From a virus: DNA of 64,000 nt. Below, in pieces: positions 44,361-52,909 of this stretch (position 1 is the first letter of the stretch; each line of letters opens with the position of its first letter). The stretch covers positions 3,389 through 67,388 of the IMG/VR virus record IMGVR_UViG_3300033996_001333. One strand, 5' to 3'. The position numbers and the translations under genes are program-made. Below the pieces are notes generated by a model. It saw nothing but the letters and a program-made list of their open reading frames with translations. It was not told the origin of the DNA and searched no databases.

Positions 44361-44401
44361 ACTCATCTTTTAACCACAACACCCACTCTCAAACTTCTAT
44401 T

Positions 44402-45220
44402 ATGTCACTCGCAAAAATTGGTATCGGCGTTGGTGCCGGTGCTCTCCTTCTCGCCCTCACCGCTGGTCAGTTCACTACGATCAACACCGGTGAAAACGGG
44501 CTCTATGTCGGTTTCGACGGCCAAGTGAAAAACGAGGTTCTGACACCAGGCATTAAGTACGACGGGTTCGGATCCATTAAGGTGTTCAACACCCGAAAGA
44601 TCACGGTAACTGCAAACGACCTTCGCCCGAAGACCAAGGACAACACCATCATGAAAGAGATGGATGTTACTGTAACATACAGCATCAACCCTAACTCCCT
44701 TTACGAGTTCTTCACCAACTACGATCTGACTAATCACGGGATTGCCGAAAATGGTCAGCTTCAATTAATGTCCAGCTACATTTCCAGGTTGATTACATCC
44801 GCCGTAAATCAGTCTGTCGATGAGTTCCCCGCACTAGCTGTAAACAGCAGCCTGGAACAGATTCAAGACACAATCAAAACCAACCTGTCCGAAGCTCTTC
44901 GAAAGAACGGCCTTGACGGTAAAATAACCGTCGACTCCATCATCGTAGGCAAAGCTGACTTACCAGACGAATTGGTGGCGTCGGTGAATCGTGTAGTTGC
45001 CGCCCAATCTGGTTTAAAAGAGCAGCAAGTTAAGACTGAAACGGCTCAACTTAAGGCCGAGGAAAACAAGGCACTGGCGTCCACAGTGACTTCGCAGTCT
45101 CTTGAGTACCAACGTCTTGAGGTTCTCCGTGAAGCCATGAAAAACGGCAGTATTCAAAAGATTCTGATTAACGGTGCCAACGTGCTCTCCCTATCCGAGG
45201 GTGTTTTTAACTCGAAGTGA
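44402..45220 (+). CDS. SPFH/Band 7 (prohibitin/HflC-like) domain protein
   Basis: N-terminal transmembrane segment followed by INTGENGLYVGFDGQVKNEVLTPGIKY...ITVTANDLRPKTKDNTIMKEMDVTVTYSI. Confidence 0.6.
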   Translation: MSLAKIGIGVGAGALLLALTAGQFTTINTGENGLYVGFDGQVKNEVLTPGIKYDGFGSIKVFNTRKITVTANDLRPKTKDNTIMKEMDVTVTYSINPNSLYEFFTNYDLTNHGIAENGQLQLMSSYISRLITSAVNQSVDEFPALAVNSSLEQIQDTIKTNLSEALRKNGLDGKITVDSIIVGKADLPDELVASVNRVVAAQSGLKEQQVKTETAQLKAEENKALASTVTSQSLEYQRLEVLREAMKNGSIQKILINGANVLSLSEGVFNSK

Positions 45221-45231
45221 GTGTGGTCCGG

Positions 45232-45283
45232 GGGTAAGGACGGGAAACCGCCCCTTGCTTCCCCGTAGCAAACACGCTAGTAT
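45232..45283 (+). promoter_or_regulatory. intergenic element copy 22 (GC hairpin inverted)
   Basis: GGGGGTAAGGACGGGAAACCGCCCCTTGCTTCCCCGTAGCAAACACGCTAGTATT. Confidence 0.5.
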
Positions 45284-45340
45284 TACCTTACATTGACCCG
45301 CGCATTGGCGCCATAGCCCACAGGAAACCGCAAAGAAAAC

Positions 45341-45730
45341 ATGGGAATGTACACAGAGATTTACGTCAACGTTGACCTCAAAGCATCGACACCTGACGAC
45401 GTCATTACCGTTCTCAAGGCAATGTGCGGAAAGCTTGACAAGGAGGCGGAAAGAGATGCCCTGAAGGACCTTCCAGACCGCTGGGGTCAGCTTTTCAGTG
45501 ACGGCAGCTATTACACTCCACGAACACACTGCAAGTTCCTAGAACAAGACACGATCTCAAAGCAGTGGGCACTCCTAGGAAAAGGCGACATTAAGAACTA
45601 CCGGGGAGAAATTCAGGAGTTCTTTGAATGGATTTCGCCGTGGGTAGACGGCAATAAGGGTGACTTTATTGGCTACTCACGGTACGAGGAAGACCAACAA
45701 CCGCAACTCTACTTCTTGACAAAACAATGA
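45341..45730 (+). CDS. hypothetical protein
   Basis: 129 aa ORF. Confidence 0.5.
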   Translation: MGMYTEIYVNVDLKASTPDDVITVLKAMCGKLDKEAERDALKDLPDRWGQLFSDGSYYTPRTHCKFLEQDTISKQWALLGKGDIKNYRGEIQEFFEWISPWVDGNKGDFIGYSRYEEDQQPQLYFLTKQ

Positions 45731-45936
45731 ACTTCGACAACTTTGGCCAAATTTGGAACGAGTCCCTTGGCCGATTCACAAAGTCCGGGCGCGACGCCAT
45801 TCACGAAACGAAAATTGAGGAATGGGTAGATAGGGGCATTGACCTTGCCTTTGACCCTTCCTTCTGGGAAGGTATGGTTCGTGAAGCCGTAGAACGTCTT
45901 CAAGAAGAGATCGCAGGTACGGACAACCTGCGCTGA
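45727..45936 (+). CDS. hypothetical protein
   Basis: 69 aa. ATGA overlap with the upstream gene. Confidence 0.4.
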   Translation: MNFDNFGQIWNESLGRFTKSGRDAIHETKIEEWVDRGIDLAFDPSFWEGMVREAVERLQEEIAGTDNLR

Positions 45937-45985
45937 TTGCACCGCCGTCCGACCCAAACTCCTGATCAACCAACCCCGCAAAACC

Positions 45986-46489
45986 ATGGGACTTGACTCC
46001 TACCTTTACGCTGAGAAATACCTTGGCAACTACGACCATTCGTCCGACGAAGAAAAAGAAACGTATAACAAGATTGTAACAGCTTTGGGTCTGACCGACT
46101 TTGCAGCCGTTGGGCGCAACAGTCTTTACACGCGAGTCGAAGTTGCTTACTGGCGTAAAGCCAACCACATTCACAAGTTTTTTGTGGATCTATCTGAGGG
46201 AGAAGACAACTGCGAAGACATTGATGTTGGCCGAGACGACTTGGTAGAACTTCTCTCTCGGTGCAAAAAACTCCTCGAAAGTAGGGACACCCCTGCGGAA
46301 ACAAACACAGTAAACCCTGCGGAGATCCTACCCACCGAAGGGGGATTCTTCTTCGGCTCGACAGACTACGGTGAGAATTACTACGCCGACCTTGAACACA
46401 CAGTCAAAGTCCTGGAGAAAGTCCTCAACCACCCTGCGATTCCTGAAGGGGACTACAGTTGGAGATTCGTGTACCGGGCCTCCTGGTAG
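45986..46489 (+). CDS. hypothetical protein
   Basis: 167 aa ORF. Confidence 0.5.
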   Translation: MGLDSYLYAEKYLGNYDHSSDEEKETYNKIVTALGLTDFAAVGRNSLYTRVEVAYWRKANHIHKFFVDLSEGEDNCEDIDVGRDDLVELLSRCKKLLESRDTPAETNTVNPAEILPTEGGFFFGSTDYGENYYADLEHTVKVLEKVLNHPAIPEGDYSWRFVYRASW

Positions 46490-46648
46490 TTCCCAGGATT
46501 TACTGCGTTAGGTTTTAACTATGCTTGGGTGTCGATGGCTCAGCAACCTTTGAGGATTTCCTCCACCATTTGACCATCGAGTCCTTACCCATAGCGCAAA
46601 GTTGATACAGCTTTAATTTGTATCCAAACAAACAATCAACTTGAGAAA

Positions 46649-48133
46649 ATGACAACGCCATCCTTTTTAAACGCACTCGAAAACGAGTTTAACCAAACCA
46701 TCACCGCTAACGGTGCAAAGGCATACAAGTCCACCGAGTCTAAGTGCCTGGACCTCTTTGGAAAGATTGCAGCTTGCCGTGACAACATCAGCGAAGCAAC
46801 TCGCCTATTCAATCTTGCTTATGCCGAAAACCCTGAGACCGCAACTCGAATCCTGTTTTGGGCACGCGACATTCGTGGGGGCCAGGGAGAGCGAAAGATC
46901 TTTCGAGAAGTTTTTAAGGAACTCGTCCTCAATGACGCTGCAATTGGTGCCAGGCTAGTTAGCCTGATTCCACAGTACGGTCGCTGGGATGATGTGGTAG
47001 CCCTCGACGGTACCTTAGTTTGGGGCATCGCACTCGAAGCAATTAAGGCACAACTGAACGCCGACCTAAATACGGAAGTTGGAAAGTCAGTGTCACTTCT
47101 GGCAAAGTGGCTGCCTTCCATTAACGCTTCCAGCCAGGACTCTAAGAGGATTGGCCGAAAAATTGCCGAAGCAATGGGTTGGACCGAGAGACAGTACCGC
47201 AAGGCACTGACTGCCCTCAGGACCCAAGTCAAAATTGTTGAGCAGCCAATGTGTGCTCGTGAGTGGGAAAGCATTGACTATAGCAAGTTGCCTTCTCGGG
47301 CCGGCTTTATGTACCGTAAAGCTTTCGTCAAGCGCGACGGCAACCGCTACCAATCCTACCTTGACTCGGTAGAAAAAGGTGAGGCAAAAATCAATGCCGG
47401 TACGATCTACCCTTACGAGATCGTGCACAAGTACCTTTACGGGGGCGATAGGAGTGATCAAACCTTAAACTTAATGTGGGAAGCTCTACCCAACTACATG
47501 GAAGGAGAGCAGCTGAACGGCCTGGTAATTGCCGACGTCTCAGGATCAATGGGAAACAACGGCGGCATGCCCATGGCGGTTTCAATCTCGCTGGCGATGT
47601 ACATCGCTGAGCGTAACACCGGGGCATGGAAGGATAAGTTCCTAACCTTCTCCGGAAGTCCGCAGTTGCAGTCGGTTACAGGGAGAAACGTTGCTGAGCG
47701 TGTTAGTAACCTTAGTCGGGCCGACTGGGGTGCGAATACAGACCTGCAAGCAGTCTTCAATCTTGTGTTGGCTACCGCAACGAGGAACCATATTCCTGAG
47801 GGGGAAATGCCGCGCAAGCTCATCATTGTCTCAGACATGCAGTTTGATTCCTGCTGCAGAAACAACTCAGTGACAAACTTTGAGGCGGTGCGAATCAAGT
47901 ATGCTCAAGCAGGGTATTCCTTGCCGGAACTTGTCTTCTGGAATGTTAGCTCTAGCGGCAACGTACCTATGAAAATGCATGATACGGGGACTTGCCTGGT
48001 CTCCGGATGCAGCCCTTCAATCCTGAAAGCTGTGCTTACTGGCGGGGTAATTACGCCTGTAGGGGTTATGCGTGACGCTGTTTACACTGAAAGGTACGAC
48101 GCTGTCGGTGCCGTATTTGCTGAAGGAGCATGA
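46649..48133 (+). CDS. vWA/MIDAS protein with N-terminal helical TROVE/DUF2828-like region (Ro60-like architecture)
   Basis: C-terminal LVIADVSGSMGNNGGMPMAVSISLAMYIAE carries the vWA MIDAS motif DxSGS. The helical N-terminal 300 aa and the 494-aa size fit DUF2828/Ro60-like proteins. Confidence 0.5.
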   Translation: MTTPSFLNALENEFNQTITANGAKAYKSTESKCLDLFGKIAACRDNISEATRLFNLAYAENPETATRILFWARDIRGGQGERKIFREVFKELVLNDAAIGARLVSLIPQYGRWDDVVALDGTLVWGIALEAIKAQLNADLNTEVGKSVSLLAKWLPSINASSQDSKRIGRKIAEAMGWTERQYRKALTALRTQVKIVEQPMCAREWESIDYSKLPSRAGFMYRKAFVKRDGNRYQSYLDSVEKGEAKINAGTIYPYEIVHKYLYGGDRSDQTLNLMWEALPNYMEGEQLNGLVIADVSGSMGNNGGMPMAVSISLAMYIAERNTGAWKDKFLTFSGSPQLQSVTGRNVAERVSNLSRADWGANTDLQAVFNLVLATATRNHIPEGEMPRKLIIVSDMQFDSCCRNNSVTNFEAVRIKYAQAGYSLPELVFWNVSSSGNVPMKMHDTGTCLVSGCSPSILKAVLTGGVITPVGVMRDAVYTERYDAVGAVFAEGA

Positions 48134-48315
48134 TCTGGATCAAATTGCCGGGTGCCCTCTGCATCGTTCTGCAAACCGTTTTCATAACTTTGAAGGTAGC
48201 GGGTCAGGTTTCCTGGCCCTGGCTCACAGTGCTTTCACCGACCCTTGTGCCAATTTTTCTACTTGGGTCGGGAGCCCTTTGGATGATTCTTCAACTACTT
48301 TCGCATGAGAAATAA
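48130..48315 (+). CDS. small membrane protein
   Basis: Two hydrophobic helices. ATGA overlap with the upstream gene. Confidence 0.4.
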   Translation: MIWIKLPGALCIVLQTVFITLKVAGQVSWPWLTVLSPTLVPIFLLGSGALWMILQLLSHEK

Positions 48316-48318
48316 CTA

Positions 48319-48507
48319 ATGTTTGAGAATCTCGCAGTTTCGTTAATGACAGCCCAGGGTCTCCTCCTCGGGTTGAAATTAACGGGGCAAATAACCTGGC
48401 CATGGCTCTCAGTGTTTAGCCCAATCGTAATCTTAGGCTCTGTGTCCATTTTGTCACTCATTCTGCTTCTGCTACTGTCGAATTTGTATGCAAGGTCAAC
48501 CAAGTGA
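48319..48507 (+). CDS. small membrane protein (paralog of the previous)
   Basis: VSLMTAQGLLLGLKLTGQITWPWLSVFSPIVILGS resembles ITLKVAGQVSWPWLTVLSPTLVPIFLLGS in the preceding ORF. Confidence 0.4.
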   Translation: MFENLAVSLMTAQGLLLGLKLTGQITWPWLSVFSPIVILGSVSILSLILLLLLSNLYARSTK

Positions 48508-48760
48508 ATCGCATAGCGAGTGGGCTCCCTTTTCCTCTTCTTTGCGGGAGGAGTACGACAGTCTTGTAGAAAACTTACGAAGTCGTGGCCTAGACAATGT
48601 TATTTCTTGGGAGAACTTTCTAAGAGACTTCACACCCTTAGTTGGACACGAAATACCAACCGAGTACCGCCATTACGACGTAAGAGTGTCGGAAGATGGT
48701 GAAGTTATCGAGTTGTACAAGGGGACTCGACGAGTAACAAATTTGAGCCAGGGCGGTTAA
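48488..48760 (+). CDS. hypothetical protein
   Basis: 90 aa ORF. Confidence 0.4.
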   Translation: MQGQPSESHSEWAPFSSSLREEYDSLVENLRSRGLDNVISWENFLRDFTPLVGHEIPTEYRHYDVRVSEDGEVIELYKGTRRVTNLSQGG

Positions 48761-48808
48761 CCGCCCCTAGCGGTTCGGTTTTCACCCTTTCCTTCGCTCA
48801 GCAAAACC
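48751..48808 (+). promoter_or_regulatory. intergenic element copy 23 (double motif)
   Basis: GGGCGGTTAACCGCCCCTAGCGGTTCGGTTTTCACCCTTTCCTTCGCTCAGCAAAACCGCTATAGT. Confidence 0.55.
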
Positions 48809-48822
48809 GCTATAGTTCACGT

Positions 48823-49272
48823 ATGGAAAACACCCCAGTATACAGCATCTTCTCGGGGATACCTCCTTTCTCAGTTAGCCCTAAAGCAATGTGGAAGTTT
48901 AACAAACCCCTGAGTCAATTGCGCTCCTTTCGTGACAGTTTACTGAGGGACGACCAACACACCTACGCCGCAAGGCTTGGAGAAATTGTGGAGTCCCTCG
49001 AAGAGTGGTATGAAGGTTCCATGGAGTCGAGCGAAGAGGTAGAGGGGGCTGAGGGAGTAGGTGGCTTTGAGGAGTTAAGCAAAGTGTACAGAGAGGCAAA
49101 CTCAATCTACGAGTCTAAGCTCTCCGATGAAGCCAAGTATGACCTTATTTTCTCCAAGAAGATATCGCAAAAAGTCCCCTTCTCGTGGTACGACCCTGAC
49201 ACATCTTACGAGGAGGACGTAAGGTACTTTATGAACGCCTTTCGAGAGTACATGGGTGATTCTCCGCGATAG
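48823..49272 (+). CDS. hypothetical protein
   Basis: 149 aa ORF. Confidence 0.5.
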   Translation: MENTPVYSIFSGIPPFSVSPKAMWKFNKPLSQLRSFRDSLLRDDQHTYAARLGEIVESLEEWYEGSMESSEEVEGAEGVGGFEELSKVYREANSIYESKLSDEAKYDLIFSKKISQKVPFSWYDPDTSYEEDVRYFMNAFREYMGDSPR

Positions 49273-49399
49273 GTGCCGTGCGGGATCTCTGCTTGAGTCC
49301 GTTTACCCCTAGCACTTCCAACCTATGATACGGATGTGGAGCTCAAGGTTCCACTCCTCGCCCCCTTAACCTCCACCCAGCAAAGCGGTGCGAAAAAAC

Positions 49400-49521
49400 C
49401 GAAGAGTAGCCAAGTGGTTAGGCAGCGGTAATGCAAAAAGATTACCTAGCTTAGGTAATTCAGCAACTACCCAATACGCAAAAGGAACCGCCATACGCAA
49501 GTTCGAATCTTGCCTCTTCGA
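49400..49521 (+). tRNA. tRNA-like gene with about 50-nt insertion in the anticodon region
   Basis: Acceptor CGAAGAG/CTCTTCG, D-arm GCC-AAGTGGTTA-GGC, T-arm GCAAG-TTCGAAT-CTTGC, variable CATAC. The anticodon-stem-like helix GCGGT/ACCGC encloses 57 nt. Anticodon undetermined. Confidence 0.4.
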
Positions 49522-49683
49522 CTTTGCCTTCGGCAAACATAGATAGTTCAGCGATTTACCCTAACTCTCTTGGGAAAAACAACTATCTAGCTAAACCCAA
49601 ACTTTATCCCCATAATGATAGTAAAAGACCTTTATTCTCGATCCAAGTAATTTGCCAAGCAAACTTAGATAGAACAAAAAGAT

Positions 49684-49929
49684 ATGACACCCACTGAAGC
49701 AGGTTTTGACGGTGACAAGGGCATACGACTAGGAATGACAAACATGCAGGGCGGTGGATTGTACCGGCTTCCACGGAGTAAAACTGCACCCACAAACTCC
49801 CAAAACAAATCGTTAAAGAACATGCTGGTCTGGCATTACCCTGACGACAGCGACTCTAAGCTCTTGTTCTGTAACTCTGACGGAGAGTGGTTTAACTTAA
49901 CCTTTGAACCCATTAACATTGGAGAGTAG
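49684..49929 (+). CDS. hypothetical protein
   Basis: 81 aa ORF between the tRNA-like genes. Confidence 0.4.
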   Translation: MTPTEAGFDGDKGIRLGMTNMQGGGLYRLPRSKTAPTNSQNKSLKNMLVWHYPDDSDSKLLFCNSDGEWFNLTFEPINIGE

Positions 49930-49985
49930 CTCAAGGGCTAAGAAAAACTTTCAGTATCGCTCCAGGTAGTTTTCGGAGCAAATAC

Positions 49986-50097
49986 GGGACCGTAGCTCAA
50001 CTGGTAGAGCACGAAAAGTTATCTTGACAAAGATACATCAGCAATTAAATTACCTCTTTTAAAGGCGCGGTTGCAGGTTCGAGTCCTGCCGGTCCCA
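49986..50097 (+). tRNA. tRNA-like gene with about 40-nt insertion in the anticodon region
   Basis: Acceptor GGGACCG/CGGTCCC, TA, D-arm GCTC-AACTGGTA-GAGC, T-arm GCAGG-TTCGAGT-CCTGC. 61 nt lie between the D-arm and the T-arm where 21-22 are expected. Confidence 0.4.
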
Positions 50098-50111
50098 TTC
50101 CCATTTTTGCT

Positions 50112-50654
50112 ATGACTAACAGCAAGACCTCATTTCTCCTAACTCAAAACCACCTGAAACTGCTGAGAAGAATGCACGTTGGGTGGAGCAACTGTGAATT
50201 CGGTGCTCCGGAAATAGACCCGAAAAGACCGTATGGCAACAGTTGGGTTATCGGAGACATACACGAAATTCTGACTGGAGAAGACCTAGAAGAATTGACC
50301 GAGTCACAGGAAGAGGAGTACAGGCAACTTCACGAACAAACTCAAACAGCCCTCCAAATCATTCTCTCTACGGGGAAGTTTGAGGAAGGTTTGTACATGC
50401 TTACTGAACCGTATTCTTCTACATGGGTGCGGAAAGCCATGATCAATTCCATGGCCTACAAAGACTACACAGCCAGTATGGTCTTCGATACTGAAGACAA
50501 GATTATTGTTGGTCGTGTCCTAGACATCGACGACATTATCTCGTTTCACGGCGAAACGATAGCTGAATTTGAATCCAACTTTCATGCAGCCATCGAAGAC
50601 TATCTAGCCGCATCCCAGGAACTTGGCTCTTCGCCGGAAAAGCCCGCAAGTTAA
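50112..50654 (+). CDS. hypothetical protein flanked by tRNA 3'-end repeats
   Basis: 180 aa. Begins 15 nt after the tRNA-like gene and is followed by a 28-nt copy of the tRNA 3' end. Confidence 0.5.
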   Translation: MTNSKTSFLLTQNHLKLLRRMHVGWSNCEFGAPEIDPKRPYGNSWVIGDIHEILTGEDLEELTESQEEEYRQLHEQTQTALQIILSTGKFEEGLYMLTEPYSSTWVRKAMINSMAYKDYTASMVFDTEDKIIVGRVLDIDDIISFHGETIAEFESNFHAAIEDYLAASQELGSSPEKPAS

Positions 50655-50662
50655 GGTACTTC

Positions 50663-50690
50663 GAGTGTCTAAGGTTCGGTTTCAGGTTCG
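50663..50690 (+). repeat. partial duplicate of the tRNA 3' end (direct repeat of 50069-50097)
   Basis: TCAGGTTCGAGTCCCGCCGGTTCCA resembles GCAGGTTCGAGTCCTGCCGGTCCCA. No matching 5' acceptor strand upstream. Confidence 0.5.
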
Positions 50691-50720
50691 AGTCCCGCCG
50701 GTTCCATTTTCACACGAACA

Positions 50721-50918
50721 ATGAACAGAGTTTCAATTGCGATCTTGGCGCTTTGCACCGCTTTATCTGGCAACGAGGCATTGTGCAAGACTCAAGTGGT
50801 AGTAACAGGCAGGAACGCAGAAGAAGTACAAAGAAATGCGTTCAGGGCCAAAATGAGCTACCCGCTCAGACCGGTGAAATGTAGTCAACGGTGCTCTCAA
50901 TTGCGGGAAAGAGACTGA
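50721..50918 (+). CDS. small secreted protein
   Basis: Signal peptide MNRVSIAILALCTALSGNEA. 65 aa. Confidence 0.4.
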   Translation: MNRVSIAILALCTALSGNEALCKTQVVVTGRNAEEVQRNAFRAKMSYPLRPVKCSQRCSQLRERD

Positions 50919-50942
50919 GGTTCGGGTCTTAGCTCCAGAGGA

Positions 50943-50987
50943 AGGGCGGTTTACCCCCTTGCCTGTCTGAAAGAAAGGCGGTATGAT
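50943..50987 (+). promoter_or_regulatory. intergenic element copy 24
   Basis: GGGCGGTTTACCCCCTTGCCTGTCTGAAAGAAAGGCGGTATGAT. Confidence 0.5.
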
Positions 50988-51010
50988 TATAGGGTAGCCG
51001 AGCAAGTCCA

Positions 51011-51289
51011 ATGGAGCAGCCCACAAATCTCTCTCCCGAAGCACAAGCAATTCGTGCTCAAGCCATCAATGCGTATTGGAGCAGGGCTAGAACCGAAGTT
51101 GATCTGATTGTAGCAGCCGCTCTTCGCGCTGCCGCTGACCAGGTTGTTCCCGAGGATTACGCTTCTTTCACTGGGAATACAGAGTGGGACAATGGTCTAG
51201 AAGCAAGGAACGACTCTGTCCGTGAGTCCCTCCTTGGTATTGCCGCTGAGCTAGAGAGTCGATTCACTAGCTCGATCCAAGAGCGGTAA
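51011..51289 (+). CDS. hypothetical protein
   Basis: 92 aa ORF. Confidence 0.45.
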   Translation: MEQPTNLSPEAQAIRAQAINAYWSRARTEVDLIVAAALRAAADQVVPEDYASFTGNTEWDNGLEARNDSVRESLLGIAAELESRFTSSIQER

Positions 51290-51379
51290 ACCGTTTTCCT
51301 CGGGCGGTTTACCCCCCTTTCCTTTCCGACAGGAAAGCGGTATAGTTATTTCAGTCCAAGCAACCCCTCACAAACCATG
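51285..51379 (+). promoter_or_regulatory. intergenic element copy 25 plus conserved leader
   Basis: GGTAAACCGTTTTCCTCGGGCGGTTTACCCCCCTTTCCTTTCCGACAGGAAAGCGGTATAGTTATTTCAGTCCAAGCAACCCCTCACAAACCATG. Confidence 0.55.
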
Positions 51380-52204
51380 CCCGCTTTCGCCATCACCAAC
51401 GACCTTAACTGGTCCGTCTCCCCAAGGCCCACGGCATCGCTTAACTCCCAGGGAGTCTGGGTTGCGGATCCAGACCGCAAAGCGATACACCGGGACGACA
51501 CCGACGAACGCCTCGGATATGTTTCCACCGGGTACGAGGTGGTGCAAAATGCCCAGCTTCTCCAGATGATCAACCCTATGGTTGAAGAGGGGCTTCTGGT
51601 AGTGGAAAACATGGGATACTTGGCTCACGGGGCCAAGGTGTTTGCCCAGGCGAAAATCAACCAGGAGTTTCGTGTAGTTGGCGAGGACTACAACGCCTAC
51701 ATTACTCTTCTGAATGGGCACACGGGAAACGCCTCCGTGGCCATCGGTCCGGTTGCCACTCGCGTAATTTGCGGCAACACTTTTTCGATGGCTTACTCTA
51801 ACATCGGAGAAAAATTCCGCCACTCTTCCGGAGTGAACGAGCGGGTTTTGGCGAGCACCGCAGTTCTTGACTACGTTAACGGGGCGATGAAGAAGTACTC
51901 CGAGAGCGTTGAAACCATCGCAAGTGCAACTTGCACTTCAACCCAATTCCGTGCCTTCCTTGAGGCAACTTACAAGAAAGAAGCGGACAAAATGCGCAAT
52001 GTCAACGTTCTCAACGACCTGTTTTACAATGGGGCGGGAAACGAAGGGCGTACCTTTTACGATGCCATGAATGCGGTTACGGACTTTAGTTCCAATCGTA
52101 GTCGAAAGAGCGAGACCGGACGCTTCGGTTACGCAAACTTCGGTCAAGGCGCAACCATCAACCAGCGGGCCATGGAAGTAGCCCTTGAAATGGCTACTGT
52201 CTAA
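51377..52204 (+). CDS. DUF932-like phage/plasmid protein
   Basis: 275 aa. Overall pattern (...YVSTGYEVVQN...GAKVFAQAKINQEF...) recalls the DUF932/TIGR03299 family. Low certainty. Confidence 0.4.
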   Translation: MPAFAITNDLNWSVSPRPTASLNSQGVWVADPDRKAIHRDDTDERLGYVSTGYEVVQNAQLLQMINPMVEEGLLVVENMGYLAHGAKVFAQAKINQEFRVVGEDYNAYITLLNGHTGNASVAIGPVATRVICGNTFSMAYSNIGEKFRHSSGVNERVLASTAVLDYVNGAMKKYSESVETIASATCTSTQFRAFLEATYKKEADKMRNVNVLNDLFYNGAGNEGRTFYDAMNAVTDFSSNRSRKSETGRFGYANFGQGATINQRAMEVALEMATV

Positions 52205-52228
52205 CTAGCGAGTGTCGGGCCCAGGGGT

Positions 52229-52277
52229 GGGGGCGGTCTCCCGCCTTGCCCCCCTGCCGTGCACATGCTAAAGTTAG
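52229..52277 (+). promoter_or_regulatory. intergenic element copy 26 (degenerate)
   Basis: GGGGGCGGTCTCCCGCCTTGCCCCCCTGCCGTGCACATGCTAAAGT. Confidence 0.4.
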
Positions 52278-52304
52278 TCAGCTAACCCTAAACCTCAACC
52301 CTCA

Positions 52305-52550
52305 ATGAAGTACCGCATTCGAGAAGAAATCCGTACCGAAAACGGTGAAAGGATTAGCCGGTTCTACTGCGAACACAGGTTCCTGTGGTTATGGTGGGAC
52401 ACTTTTATCCACTATGGAAGTGTAGATGATGAAGACGAAATAGGTAAAAGGACAACGATTTATTTTAATACAAAACAAGAAGCGCTAAAGGCTTTGCGCG
52501 ATCATCTTCAGCCCCCAAAGTTAACAGAAGTGAGATTTCACGAAGTATGA
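52305..52550 (+). CDS. hypothetical protein
   Basis: 81 aa ORF. Confidence 0.45.
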   Translation: MKYRIREEIRTENGERISRFYCEHRFLWLWWDTFIHYGSVDDEDEIGKRTTIYFNTKQEALKALRDHLQPPKLTEVRFHEV

Positions 52551-52837
52551 GACCCGCAAACCTTTGCTTTAACGCTGTCGTAGGCCTTATGTCCATTACT
52601 GCGGCACTCGGACTAGTAATTCTAGTGGTGGCGGCAATTGACGTGGCCATCCGTAGAGCCGATGAGAATACCTCCAAGACTGAGAGAGAAGAAGCGAAGG
52701 TCTTAGCCGAAAAGTGCAAGCTGGTGAGTAACTCAGTTCGTGCAGACCCGTACATAACCGAGAGGCCCCTAAGCCTCCACATTTGCAACGACCAGGGGGT
52801 CTCAACTTATTTTGTAACGCGTAAGCCGTTCCCCTAA
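52547..52837 (+). CDS. membrane protein
   Basis: N-terminal transmembrane helix. ATGA overlap with the upstream gene. Confidence 0.45.
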   Translation: MRPANLCFNAVVGLMSITAALGLVILVVAAIDVAIRRADENTSKTEREEAKVLAEKCKLVSNSVRADPYITERPLSLHICNDQGVSTYFVTRKPFP

Positions 52838-52909
52838 AGTTGCTTAGCGAGGGAAACCCCTCACCGTTCCCCTTTTTCCAAACAAACTACTGTATTTTCG
52901 AACGAAACA

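Noticed and set aside
50663-50690. A complete tRNA gene at 50640-50700.
   Set aside because: Only the T-arm and 3' acceptor strand are present. No complementary 5' strand, D-arm or anticodon arm lies upstream. It is a partial duplicate of the tRNA-like 3' end at 50073-50097.
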